A stretch of 64,000 nucleotides of DNA from Paraspadella gotoi (GCA_051294375.1 CM119264.1:23848002-23912001), one strand, 5' to 3'. Numbered from the stretch's first letter, positions 13,882-27,146 are shown. The notes: generated by a model from the sequence alone, not told the origin. A program made the numbers and translations.

Positions 13882-14549
13882 ATAATACAGTCCCAATTTA
13901 AAAATTAAATGACATTGTATTTTTTCGTTTCATCTCTAAAAATTAAATGAAAAAATATATATTTTGAAAAACCATGAAGCAAATCTTCATTAAAAAATTA
14001 CCTTTGACCGTTATAATCTGCATCTGTTTATTCTGTTTTGCTCTTATCTTTTATCATGTATCTCAATTGAAATCAAGGTAAGGTCGAGTTCCTGGGTTTT
14101 TTCCTCTGAGACACTGTTTGTTGATCAATACTGTTGTATTCTAATCTAGGATATTCGGTTGATATGAAAAAAATTAACGATTCTTTTTCTGGGAAAAATT
14201 TTTTTTCTGAAACTTTTCCTGTAACTTTAAAAACTGATTTTTTTACCTTAGGGGATAACAATAGTAAGAAACAATAATAAGCATTAAACGCTTTTATTTA
14301 GGAAAAAAAATATTAAGTAATTTGCTTTCTTTTCGTTGCGTTTCGGAATTGTGTACAAAGCAGTGAGTACAAAAAATCGAAAACAGAGTCGAAACATGTC
14401 GGTTTAAATAATTATAAAATATAAAACTCAAACGAAAATGATATTTGATGCAAAAAACTTAAGCTATGGCCCATAGTATGGGGGGCATATATCCATTATT
14501 CACGAAATACATTCACGTCTCACTTTCTTCCTCTTCCCCATTCCTCAAG

Positions 14550-14865
14550 AAACACGAACGACGCTTTGGGCAAGTGGGAGGCGAAACCCAATCCCTTTTC
14601 CCAAAACGACGCCCCTTTAGACCCCGTCCACGGTACGAAGCGACCGCGGCGAATACGGAACCCTTCCGTATCCCGCCCGATCTCTTGCGTCGGTTGTCAC
14701 CACCTCGATTACTCGATACTCATGGACTCCCCCGATGTCTGCTCTAGAAAGGGGAAGGGCCTTCGATTATTGATGATCGTCCAATCGATGGTGGAAAGGG
14801 CTTCTTGGAGGATGGAGATCAGAGAGACTTGGGGGGCGGTGTCCAAAACGACGGACAAGATCTCG
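14550..14865 (+). CDS. GT31 beta-1,3-galactosyltransferase-like gene, internal exon (stem region and start of catalytic domain)
   Basis: A pyrimidine tract and AG acceptor (..ttcctcaag) end at 14549, and a GTGAG donor starts at 14866 (phase 0). The exon encodes ..SPDVCSRKGKGLRLLMIVQSMVERASWRMEIRETWG.., which matches the GT31 'C...LL+.V.S......R..IR.TWG' motif. The 5' boundary is less certain than the 3' boundary. Confidence 0.85.
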
Positions 14866-14900
14866 GTGAGACAAAGAGAGAGAAAAAAAAAAAAACAAAG

Positions 14901-15140
14901 AATGTGTGGAACCGTTGATGAGACGTTAAGTGAGCTGAAGACTACTATCCGCATCTTCTTTGCCCCCTCGGCAGCCATGGAATGGGTCCTGGGCTTGAAA
15001 CCAGGCGAGAGGGTTTATCACGCCTCCACGGCGGTTTTACGGCCGTCCTAAACGCTTTCTGTGGGATAGGTATCATAGGGGATCGATTCTGGTTCCTAAT
15101 AGTCATGAGCTGATGGCTTTACTCAATGTGCCGCCGGGTG
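14901..15140 (-). mobile_element. Candidate tRNA-derived SINE inside the GT31 intron
   Basis: The minus strand reads ggcggcacattgagtaaagc..(about 25 nt)..agaatcgatcccc, resembling degenerate A and B boxes. It is a GC-rich island flanked by A-rich sequence. Confidence 0.3.
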
Positions 15141-15316
15141 ACAAAAGAAAAAGTCATGTTTAAAGGAAGGGTAAACTTGGCACATTGCCCGACTACAAAA
15201 GGAAGAAAGAAAGAAGAATTAAAGTGCAAAAAAAATGAATGAAAAAGATCGAGACAGACATAGACAGACAGCGAAAGAGACCAAAACATGACCCACCCTA
15301 TTCTTCTCTTAAACAG

Positions 15317-15639
15317 GTAGTCTTTCTGCTCGGCAATCCCGACCCGCCTGCATCCCTCGAGGCCCGACTCTCCCTCCTCACTGAGTCACGACTCCACAAC
15401 GACATCCTTCAAGTCGACTTCGACGAGGATTTCCAAAATGCAGCGCTGAAGACGATGGCGGGGCTGGAGTGGGCGACCAAGCATTGCACCAACGCCGCCT
15501 TCGTCGTCAAGGGACACGACAGCACCATATTCGATCCAGACGCCATCCTGAAGCGTCTCGACAATGTGAATCCGTCGCTTCCGTTTTTGGGCGGCAAGTT
15601 GGTCACGGATGACCGAGTCGTAAGGAATCCGAACAACAG
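15317..15639 (+). CDS. GT31 beta-1,3-galactosyltransferase-like gene, internal exon (Galactosyl_T core)
   Basis: Acceptor ttctcttaaacag, phase 0, joins KIS|VVFLLG. The exon encodes ESRLHNDILQVDFDEDFQNAALKTMAGLEWATKHC..FVVK, matching GT31 'E...+.DI+..DF.D.Y.NLTLKT+....W....C'. Donor AG|GTGGCG at 15640 (phase 2). Confidence 0.92.
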
Positions 15640-16033
15640 GTGGCGGACGTTCTCGTAAAACTTAAAGTGCACATTGTTTTACTGTACAATTGTACCTACG
15701 AGGTGTAAACTGGTGTATACAATTTAAGGAGCATTTAAAAAGGCTAAAAATAAATTCATATACAGTATATATATTCTTTATTCATATACGTAGAAGCTAT
15801 TTTTTTAAAGATTTACCTCCAGTGTGTCCACTGTCCAATAAAAAGGATATCAAAATAAAAGAGCATTGTTTAGCATTTCATAAAAGAGGTTATTCGCTCT
15901 GGCAGTAAAGATTACTTTTCTTTTTATTTTTTCAATATTTTACTTGATTAAATAATTGTGGACACCTCTGAAAAAAAATACTTTCTAAATTAACTACAGT
16001 ACATTCGCACAAATTTCTCCCTTCATTGTTCAG

Positions 16034-16385
16034 ATACTTTGTCTCCAAAGCCGAATACGCCGCTGATGTGTATCCCGACTATTGCCTCGCCACCGGATAC
16101 ATCGTGTCTCAAACCGCCCTCCAGCGGCTCGTCAACGCCTCGAAGAACGTCCCATATTTTCACCTGGAGGACGTCTACGTGACGGGACTCGTCTACGCCC
16201 AAAACCTGGGCTTCTCCGCGACGGATCTCGAAGGCGCGGTCACCAACGCCAACAATATCAAAGACACTTGTGACTTTTACCGGACGTTGCTCTTTTTTCC
16301 GCTGCCGAGAAGGCCAACGATCAGGGAAGCTTGGGCCGATTGGACCGACAAAAAAGAAAAGTGTCGGGCCAAAGGAAATGCGTGA
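16034..16385 (+). CDS. GT31 beta-1,3-galactosyltransferase-like gene, last coding exon
   Basis: Acceptor cttcattgttcag; the phase-2 join gives RNPNNR|YFVSKAEY. Motifs YPDYCLATGYIVS and FHLEDVYVTG (GT31 'EDVY.TG') are present. TGA stop at 16383-16385, and an ATTAAA near 16473 is a possible polyA signal. Confidence 0.92.
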
Positions 16386-16897
16386 CTGGGCCGAATGAGA
16401 GAATACAGAGAACTGTAAATATTTATATAATTATATTCCTGGGTAGGGGGTTTTAATAGGCGAAACCACTCAATTAAACTGTACACAAATTACTACAAAT
16501 TACAATTTAGAATTTTCATACACTTATTTTTGTCTCAAAGATTGAGAAGCTTAAATTTTATAATTTATTCTTTTATAACAGTTAAGTTATATTCAACTCC
16601 TTACTATATTTTATAGCGAGGACTTTTTTTTTATCCTAAGCCATTTTGGGTTTTGCCCTCGAAGGTTTTACCCCGAGTGGACCCGCGACGACCCCATTGT
16701 GTTACTGGCTTTTAACCCCAGGGTCGGGGCGCTCGACTCTCGACGCCGACGCTGCCGACGCCGCTGCCGACGCCTCTGCCGACGCCTCTGCCGACGCTGC
16801 CGACGCCGACGCCGTCGAAGCTTTCAACACAATAAGACGCTGACGTTGCTTGCATTTTTGTTGCTGTGTTTTTGCCTCTAAAAGCAAAAGGAAGGGA

Positions 16898-16945
<48 letters not shown>

Positions 16946-16953
16946 AAAAAGAA

Positions 16954-17045
<92 letters not shown>

Positions 17046-17317
17046 ATTTATAAAGAAAAAGAATTAATGGATAAATAAATTAATGAATTAATCAAAACGT
17101 AAAAACAAACAAACAACAACAACAAAAAAAAACGAAAAGAGGCCAATTAAAAAAAAAAAAGAAATGTAATTGCAATTGCAGATTGTTTCAGCTCAAGCCT
17201 AACATGGAAGATTGAAAAAGGATTTCACCCAAACGATCGCTGCTGGTTGGAATTAGCGCGTGCTCCATTTCGTAGGGCACAAACTCTTTAAGATGAGAGC
17301 AGCTCTCATATTATATT

Positions 17318-17380
<63 letters not shown>

Positions 17381-18482
17381 TCTCTCTCTCTCTCCCCTGT
17401 ACCTCCGTTTCTCTCCCCTCCGACACATCTCTATCTCGCCCTCCCTTCTCTCTAACTCTTAAATTTCCTTCTGGCGTCCAGATTTTTCCAGTCTGTTGCC
17501 ATTTTAGGGTCATTCTTCAACTTCTCAGAGGAAACATAACAGAAAATCTGTTATCGAGTTTTCGGAGCCATTTTTCTGGTTCTTTGATGGGGAAAGTGGA
17601 CGAGGGGTGATTCGTGAAGTTGGGCGTTGTCATTTGGGGGAGTGATAGTGAGAATGATTCGGGGAGTGATTGTGAGCCGCTTGCGATGTTCATGACCTTT
17701 TTGATTAGAGTACGTTCAGAATAACAAGCCTTTTTTTTTATCTAGACAAAACTTTTTTTCGCGGCCTCATGTTTGCGGAGAGCCCGTAGAGCTTCCTAAT
17801 ATAATTCTTATAATATTTAATTTTCATATATAATTTTACAAGCTACCGAAGTTCCAATCTCGGCGTCAGACATTGAAATTCTCGGCGTCGAGCAGCGGAA
17901 GTGGCGACGCCAAGGATCGATCAGTTTCGCGCCGAGGAGAGAAAAAAATGGAGGCGCCGGCGCGGAAGGAAAAAAAAACTCTAACCCCTTCCTCGAAAAA
18001 AAAAGGCAAACTGTCGGCCCCCTATCGACAATTTTTGGCCGGAAACAAGTGAGCAAATGGTGGGGAAAATCCAAAAGACTGGAAGGGAACATAAATATGA
18101 AAAGAGATATACGTATATTCCGCACGTTTTTTTGTTTTTTTTTTTGTAAACGAAGAGATAACAGCGATAAACTAGAATACACAACGAAATAGAATAATAA
18201 TAACCCCATATCTAATATAAAAGTAGGAAATTTTTAAGAATAAACCCAATGATTTTGCTCTTCTGTAACTTTCGGCAAGACGCGAAGATGGATGCGAAAA
18301 AGCTACTGGCCTGTAATTTCTTTTATTTAAAAAAGGCAATTTTGATGAAATACAGTAGTCGGTAGCTTTGAATTTTAGGAATAGATTCATTGAGTGAGAA
18401 AACCATTTCTGTTCATCATTCAACTTTTATCATTCAATCGCGAAACTAGAAATGGATTCAAACCGGCGCTTATGAGGCTTCC

Positions 18483-18522
<40 letters not shown>

Positions 18523-18759
18523 CTTTCTCTCTCTCTCTCTTCTCTCTCTCTCTGCTGCTCCCGTCGTCGGTGAATTCACTGGTTCTCCATCTCTCTTCGT
18601 TTATGGGTTTATAAGGCTTTAACTATTTATGGCATTCTGAAGTTGCGCCGCTCGTTTATTTTGAAGCCTCTTTCGCCAAATACGAGAAATAGGGGTCGAG
18701 GGTTGGGGGTTGTGGGGGCAGCGGGGGTAAAAGCGTCTGGGCACCTCAGAGAAGAGGGG

Positions 18760-18851
<92 letters not shown>

Positions 18852-19703
18852 TAGAATATACGATTCAATTTGACAAGTAACATGTGTTCCGTCTTATGGA
18901 TTCTGCAGCATTCCATTCTTACTTACCTTCAACCAAGCAACCTTATCCTTTAACCGACGGTCGAACGCAAATCCAAACACATTTTTGTTTATTTGCATCT
19001 CGGGTTCGAGTTGAGAGGTCGACAGGTGAAGAGGAAGAGAAAGAGGAAGAGGAGGAAGTCTAAGGTGAAGACAACGACGAAGAAGAAGTCCAAGTTCATG
19101 AATCAATATTTTCTTTCTTTTTTGATAGGAGAATAACTGCTATCATTCCGTATTATCCTGCACCTTTTCTCCTCTTAAAAATTCCAAAGACCCATTCCAT
19201 ATTTCCAGCCCATGTTTCCTTAATCCTCAACATCTCTGTCTCCCTAAACGAGCCTATGGGCGATCGTCTCTGCTCCTGTAATCCGCACCGCTCCTACGGC
19301 GCCCACGCATCTTGACGTTACTAACATCTGGCTACCGGCAACTGGCAACTAAAAACTGGTAGCCCGCAATAGGCAACTGGCATCCGGCAACGTCACTCGA
19401 AGGTTTCACTGTTTACGACTTGGCTTTATTTTTCTTCTCGCGGCGTGAGCGAGAATTGGGAAGGGGTGAAAGATTCGCGGGGGTGTTGGAAGTTTAGGCG
19501 GGGGATGAACTGGTTTTGGCTGGGTGGCAGAGATGAGGCTGGGAAATTTGAAGGGCGGCAGGGATGGACACGAGTTATTTTATCACAGACTCAGAGACAG
19601 CTTTCTCTAACTCTTCCCAAAATTGTTTTCATTTTCATTTTCTTCTCTTCAAGCAAAAGAGTTTTTCTTTATTTCAACCCTCCCCCTACTACCCGAGACT
19701 TTC

Positions 19704-19831
<128 letters not shown>

Positions 19832-20584
19832 TCCTTTGTCAAAAGTGTTTTCCTTTCTTTAAAAATAGTAAAAACTGGGTTCTTACGATACTTTTTCCAA
19901 TTTCCGGTTTTATTTGGCAATCGCCTTTCCTTTTTACTTCGTCTCCGTCGTCACTATCGTCGTTTTCGTTCAAATTTTCGTCGTCGTCGTCGTCGTCGTC
20001 TTTTTCTGTCATCCCTTTCGACATTTCGTCATTTTCACTGTCATCGTTGGATTCACCGCTTTTTGTTGCCACTGTCATCGTCGTCGCGTCCGCTATCCTC
20101 GTCGTCGTCATCGTCGTATTCGTCCTGGGTAAGTTAACCAATAAATTTGCTCATTTAGTTCCATTTATTTTGACGCTAATGGATTTTTTTTGTATTGGCT
20201 GTTTTATTGCTGGCTTTTGTCCCAGTTTTATTATTTTTAAACAAAAATAATATTTTTTCAACGGTTGAATAACTTTTTAATAGTACCTAATTTTTTTCGT
20301 TTTCAAATTTTCTAACTTTTTTTCAATTTTTCTTAGATATGTACCGATTAACGTTCAAAGGAATTGATCATTTTTCCTTTTATCATTGAAGTTTAAACAT
20401 ATTATTCTTCAGTCTCCAGCAATGAAATTTTTTTTGTCTCCCTCGCTCTCGCATTGCTTTCCTTTTCAGCTTCGAGGTTTACACTTAAGTATTACGTCGC
20501 AAAGAACTACTCCTGCCCAACACACAAAAAAGAATCACACTTGAAAACACAAGCGCTTACTCTCTCTCTCTCTCTCTCTCTTCT

Positions 20585-20636
<52 letters not shown>

Positions 20637-20740
20637 TCTCTCCTCTCCTCTCTCTCTAACTTCTGTTTTCGCTGTTTTCATTTTTGCAATCTCCGGAGAG
20701 GGGGCCATTTTGGGAGAGGCCTTGACTTCCCCATCGAGAG

Positions 20741-20774
<34 letters not shown>

Positions 20775-21819
20775 GAAGAGAGAGGAGAGGAGAGAGAGAA
20801 GAGAGAGAAGAGAAGAGAGAGAGAGAGAGAAAAGCCTTACTTCAACGATTTCTCCGTGTCCTTCGAATTCTTTTCCTCACCCGAAATCCATTTCCATCTG
20901 TCCTCACCTTTCCTCCATCCTCCCTCACTTTCTCGTTACCATTCGCCGCCTCCACTTAACCCCCCCTCCTCCCCCCTTTTCCGACTCCATTTCCCCATTT
21001 CTAAATCCTTCTGACCCTTACCCTCTCCGCTCCGAAGAAAAGTCTTTCTCCTTCTCTCCCTAGTGAATATGAAAGGCGAAGTGAGAGTGAGAGTGATGGA
21101 GAAAATCTTTTCGAGTTTGTCTCTTATCACAAAGTTTCTGGCTGATATCCTAGAATTCAAATTTGGAATTGCAATTTGTCCATTTTTTTGTCTATTTATT
21201 ATTAATTTTTTTTATTCCACTGGGTTGGGAAGAAATGAGTGAGTTCAACACGATCAATTTTGCGTGTGATTTGTCTTTCCCTCTCATTTTTTTTTTATTA
21301 TTTATATTGGACAGCATTACAAAATTATTTTTATCAATGAATCGATAATATTGCGAAAAATCTTAAAAGCAAATAGGGATCGAGCCGCTTTCGATTGGTA
21401 TCAAATATTTGATGCGATGATAACCAAATATTATGCGATGGATAACCAAAATTGATTGCGATGATAACAAGAAATAAACTGATGCTGATGATATCAAATG
21501 CATTGATGCGATGATAGTCATTTCATTGATGTGAATGATAATCATTCATGGCATATGATGATAATCATTCATTGATGCGATGATAGTCATTCATGACGCG
21601 ATGAATCATTCATTCGGTACAATAAAAACAAACAAATGCGTGTATGAATTGAAGAGAAGAGAGAGAGACTGAGGATGATGTACAGATGAGAGAGGAGATG
21701 GAGAGTAGTAGAGACAGAGGAGAGAAGAGACAAGAGTGTCGAGAATGACTTGAGACTGAGCTGTGTCAGTTTTCACTCTCGTTCTATATAAAGAATAATC
21801 AAAATTTTCTTGAAAAAAA

Positions 21820-22714
21820 ATTCACGAAAATCTCGGATGATAAATTCTGGGATTTTGTATTGAGAAAAAGCGCGGAATAAATGGCGGAATAAATAGGAAA
21901 GAAAAAAAAAAAAAAGAGAGAGAGAGAGAGAGAGTATGAGAGCGAGAGAGAGAGAGAGAGAGAGAGAGACGAGAGAGAGAGAGAAGATAGATAGAGAGAA
22001 GCTGGGACCGCGCCTCTGCAGAGCTGAACTCGTTTTTTCGACGTATCTGAGTATAGGACGAACTCTTTTCCTTTCTAATATTTTTTTTACTTATCAAAAA
22101 AATTTTAGGTCCTCATCTTTAAAAAAAGTTTTAATCTTGAATGAAATTTGTAGCATTGTTCTTTTTTTTTTAAGAAAGAAACCAGGACCGAGGTCAAATT
22201 TCATATTTGCATATTAACTAATTATAAATATTTATCCCAACTCAAAATAATTATTATTAATAAAGAATAAAAATGATTAAATATATACACTAAAAAAAAA
22301 TTTAACATTTTAAAATTGTAAAAAATTGTTAGCAATAACAAAAAAAGTAATGTTTAATTTGACAATATCTCTCTTCCAACTCCTATTTTTAGATATAATT
22401 TGCCAATAGTTGGGCCGACCGGTTCCAAAGTCTAAAGTAATAAACAAAAACAAAAAATTTTTTTTTGTTTTAGAAAGTTATATATGCAATTAAATAAATC
22501 CCGCGCAATTTGCCGGACATTTATTGCAGCTATATGTAAGCAGCAAGCTGATGTACATGTGACATTCCCTGCATTTTTTTTTAAATGAATCCATGAAAAT
22601 CTCGGATGTAAATTTGGGATTTTGTATATGAGAAAAAAAAATAAATGGCGATAATAAAAGTTTTTTTAGAAGGAAAAAAATAATAAGAATTTTTCAAAAA
22701 ACGAACGATCGTAC

Positions 22715-22801
<87 letters not shown>

Positions 22802-23062
22802 AAGCTGAACAGAGCCGGAACTCGTTTACTCGTTATCGTCGCCTGTCTGTGGGAAAAAAAAAAGTGACTAAAAATTGTTTTTGTAAAAAAAAAAAAAGAG
22901 AGAGAGAGAGATAGAGAGAGCCGGAAACTCGTTTAATGACGGAGGTTGAAAAAAAGGTGACTAAAATTTTTTTGTACAAAAAAAAAGAGATAGAAAGAGA
23001 GAAAGAGAGAGAGAGACAGTAGAGAGAAAGATGAGAGAAAGAGAGAGAGAGGAGAGAGAGAT

Positions 23063-23094
<32 letters not shown>

Positions 23095-23150
23095 CCGGAA
23101 CTCGTTTACTCGTTTACAAGTGAATAAATTTTTTTTTTGTAAAAAAAAGA

Positions 23151-23181
<31 letters not shown>

Positions 23182-23183
23182 AA

Positions 23184-23238
<55 letters not shown>

Positions 23239-23608
23239 AGAGAAAGTTTTCCCGCCAACGATACGCAATATTAGGTCACTCTTGGTTTATATCGGCGTGA
23301 TCTCGGTCAAGTTATTTTTTTTATACACGTAACGTTTCCGTTGCCATCAAAACGCGTTATTAGGTCATGTTCCTCGACATTGTTTACTCGTTGCCCCGCA
23401 ACGGCCACGAAATCCAGGTCAAGTAAGTTATTCTTCACATTTTCTCAAAAAAAATCCACGAAAATCTCAGATGTAAATTTGGGATTTTGTATTGAGAAAG
23501 AAGCGCGGAATAAATGGCGATAATAACAGTTTTTAGAAGGAAAGAAATCATAAGAATTTTTCAAAAAACGGTGTAAAACAAAGTGAATAATTTTTTTTTG
23601 TAAAAAAA

Positions 23609-23639
<31 letters not shown>

Positions 23640-23860
23640 CGGAGGGAGACGGATGGAGAGAGAGAGAGAGAGCCTGAACTCGTTTTTTTTTAACGATTCA
23701 GAAAAGGCCGCGGCCTGATCAAATATATATGTTTTTTTAGAAAGAAAAAAATAATCAGAATTTTTTCAAAAAACGAACGATCACGCAAAAGATCGCACAC
23801 AAAGAGAGACAGAGAGAAACTGAACTCGTTTTTAAACGATTCAGAAAAGGCAGCGCCTTA
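21820..23860. repeat. Degenerate tandem repeat with about 0.8-kb units interleaved with (GA)n
   Basis: The block cacgaaaatctcggatgtaaatttgggattttgtattgagaaa..aataaatggcg occurs at about 21823, 22592 and 23457. The block taagaatttttcaaaaaacg occurs at about 22684, 23551 and 23756. gagcc(g)gaactcgttt-like motifs recur after GA tracts about six times. Confidence 0.8.
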
Positions 23861-25626
23861 AAAAAAAATATATATATAATTAAAAAATAAATAAAAGAAA
23901 GGCAAAAAATGTTACAATGGTTTACAATTGGAAACTTTTCCAATTTTCCAATCGCAGCTTGTAAAAAGATTTTATTTTTATTTGTATTAAAATTAAGATA
24001 TAGCTTCTCATTAAAAAAATCCTTTGAGTTCCCATTTTTATTAGAGAAATTTAAAAAAAAAATTTTTGAATTTCATCTTCAATATTATATACTGCAATAT
24101 GTAAATTAGCTTAAAGCATTTTCTATATACTAATTTGGATATTTATAATGAGTACTATAATCTCATTTGCATATTGCAAGTAAATCATAATGAAGTGGAA
24201 ATTCAAACAAAAAATACTTAAATCCAAATGTAATAAGAAAATATCAAAGCTATTTCAAGTTGAAGAAGCCATATCTAATTTCTTTAACTTACTATGATCG
24301 CACACTTTTGTAAACTTTATAATAATTCATAATAATTTTTTTATTAAAAAAAAAACGGTAAGTCCCAACCAAAACTATAAAAGCGCAGTAGTTTTTATAC
24401 AAAAAAGCGTGACGCCGACGACGACGACAACGACGACGACGACTAACGTCACAAAGAAGCAATACTAAAACATTATAGAGCCTCACCGGTCTTCGCCGGT
24501 CATGGCTCGATAAAAAAACTGCAATTGTATATTCTATCAACAATTTTCTCATATCAATGGCGAGGGAGAATCTATTATTTTTTTCGTAATATCAAGGTTT
24601 GACAAAATACATGTATACATGTATACGACTATACGTATTATATTTACAAGACATACCTAACGGCAAGTTGAAGTTTCACATACTGAAAGAAAACGAATGA
24701 AGCGGACGAAGTGAACGGAGAGAGAAAGAGAGATAAGCGGTTTGGACTGTAACTCCTTTTGGCCGATGGGATCGAGTTTGACCCGAAAAAGAAAATCTTT
24801 TCCTCCGATGATTCGATTCGCGATCAGAGAGAAATTGGGTCAGAATCGCGGGAGGCGTGGTATCGGAGAGGGGGGGGCGGTGGGGGTTGACTACGAAATG
24901 AAAGGGAAGGATTTGATCAAATTGGAAAACAATGAAAGTTCGTGCAATGTGGCAAAATAGTTGAAGTCGTTATATATTCGTTTTCGAAAGAAACATATGA
25001 GGAAAATCATTCGTTGATTTTAAATTTAGTGGAACGATTGGTGATAAATTTGTTATTTTTTAATTACGTTTGTTAATTTAGTTATGTTTTTTAATCTTAT
25101 ACTTATGCTTATATGTATTGCTCACGTCGAATATCATTTTAGATGTTAATTTTTAGAAACTAACATTTGGTAAAAACTTGAAAAACTGATGGTCGGAGTT
25201 CCTTTCAATAAAGATAAGAAATACAGAGAATTCCTCTTGTCCTACTCCTTTAGCTATTCCGCTCCTATTTCCGTAAGCTCCAGTTGTCTCTTCATATATC
25301 TCTCTCTCCACTCTCTATTTTTTTACATCCTATTTTTAAATCCTCTTCCAATCTCTCTTCCTCCACCCCCCCCTACCCGTCACCCACCAAACTCACTCCC
25401 CTCTATTTTCACCCTTGGACCCTTTTCCCTTCGCTCAACATCGAAACACTGTATCATTTGACCCCTGGTTGACCCTTTGCCCGGCCTTTCTTGCTCCTCC
25501 TCCCCTTCCTCCTCCTCATGCATAAAAGCACAACCGGGTCTTGCACTTCCCCTCCCCCTTTCTGCCCTCGCGGTGGGACCTCCCTCCAGTTGCCACAAAG
25601 TCAATCCACGGATCTCATTCTGAAAC

Positions 25627-25728
<102 letters not shown>

Positions 25729-27115
25729 TGGCGAATGGGGCCAAGTCGACGGATGAATCTCTCTCTCACTCTCTTTCTTTTTTCTCTTTTTCTCTTTTTC
25801 TCCCTCTCTCTCTCTCTATCTCACTTTCTTTTTCATTTTCTTACCTTGACCCCGGGTCGCCTTTTCACTCTTCCCCAGTGTGATGTTCCGCATTTATACT
25901 ACTCAAACATTTACCAAATTTCTCTTTTTCAAATCAAAGCCGTGTCTATCTCTAAAAAAATGAAATAACTACTTTTTCAAAGCATAATAATAATTGTCTG
26001 ATGATCAAATCAGGCTGAAATTTTTATATATCGTTGTCGTTTAGTTTCAAGATATATGACGTACAAAATGTAAGTATACATTGATTAAGAATTTGCAGAA
26101 AACTTTTTGTCATTTATTGTCGTTAATATATTCGATGTACATGAAACATTCGACGTAGTTTATGAAGAAATGGGTTAGTTCTCTCCGAGATCAAAAAGTT
26201 GGACGGGAGTCGCTCGAATTGGAGAACACTTTGGGATCAAATGGGCCGAACCCGCGGGTCACAACTTCCGGTTCACAGCGACTGCACATCGCAGAGGGAA
26301 AGGGCCGCCTCGAAATGAGGCGCGCTGGAGGCGTTGCAACGTGGTGTGGCGGAAGCGAGGCATGGCGTGGCGGAGAAGTGTGCTGGGTTGGCGTGTTGGA
26401 CGAAAAATATCAGGATTTTCTTTCTCAAACTGATAGCTGCAAAGTAAAGAATCAAAACACGACGCTTCCACGGCATTCCTAAGTTTAGTCACATGGCGTC
26501 CTCAATAAGCCACAATCGGGCCCTGTCCCCTGACGGACTCCAAAATAGGGCCATGACACGTCAGACCGTCGCCGCGTGGCAAGGCGGCGAATGGGCGCCC
26601 CGATTTTGTCGGCAGAACGAGACTCTCATTTTAAAGGTTCGTTGACTTCGAGTCGCAAAAATTGTCGCCTCGACTCAAACTCAGAAATTCGAAGAAGCGT
26701 GAAGGGAGGAAAGGAAAGATAAGGGAAAAAAGGAAGGGAGGAAAGAAAGGAAAGGAAGGAAAAGAAGAAACAAAAGGGAGAATCAAATGGAAGGAAGGAA
26801 GGAAGGAAGGAAGGAATGAAATATTGAAAGGGAAAGTAAAAAGAGATAAAAGCAAGGAAGGAAGGAAAAGAAGAAACAAAAATGAGAATCTAATTGAAGA
26901 AGAGAGGAAGGAAGGAAGGAAGGAAGGAAGGAAGGAAGGAAGGAAGGAAGGAAGGAAGCAAGGAATGAAAAATATTGAAAGGGAAAGTAAAAAGAGATAA
27001 AAGAAAGGAAGGAAGGATGGAGAGACAGTAAGGAAGGAAACTAGAAAGGTAGGAATGAAGGTGAGGAAAGGAGAGAAGAAGGGAAGGAATAAATTAGGGA
27101 AAGTTGAATGGAAAG

Positions 27116-27146
<31 letters not shown>

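Noticed and set aside
14925-15030. Hammerhead ribozyme-like CTGAAGA...GAAAC
   Set aside because: Stem III does not close with the required UH cleavage triplet, and stem II is not formed.
14866-15051. C-terminal continuation of ORF 14566-15051
   Set aside because: Read-through into the intron after the GTGAG donor; GT31 similarity resumes at 15317.
15239-15316. ATG start of ORF 15239-15658
   Set aside because: Intronic sequence upstream of the acceptor at 15316; not a true start.
18927-18950. KVAWLK resembling an IgLON/lachesin Ig-domain exon end
   Set aside because: The upstream frame lacks the Ig Cys strand and a suitable acceptor; a six-residue match is insufficient.
26150-26620. GC-rich ORFs 26162-26482 and opposite-strand ORFs
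   Set aside because: No recognisable motif or splice structure; it may be regulatory (ETS-like ACTTCCGG) but this is unsupported.
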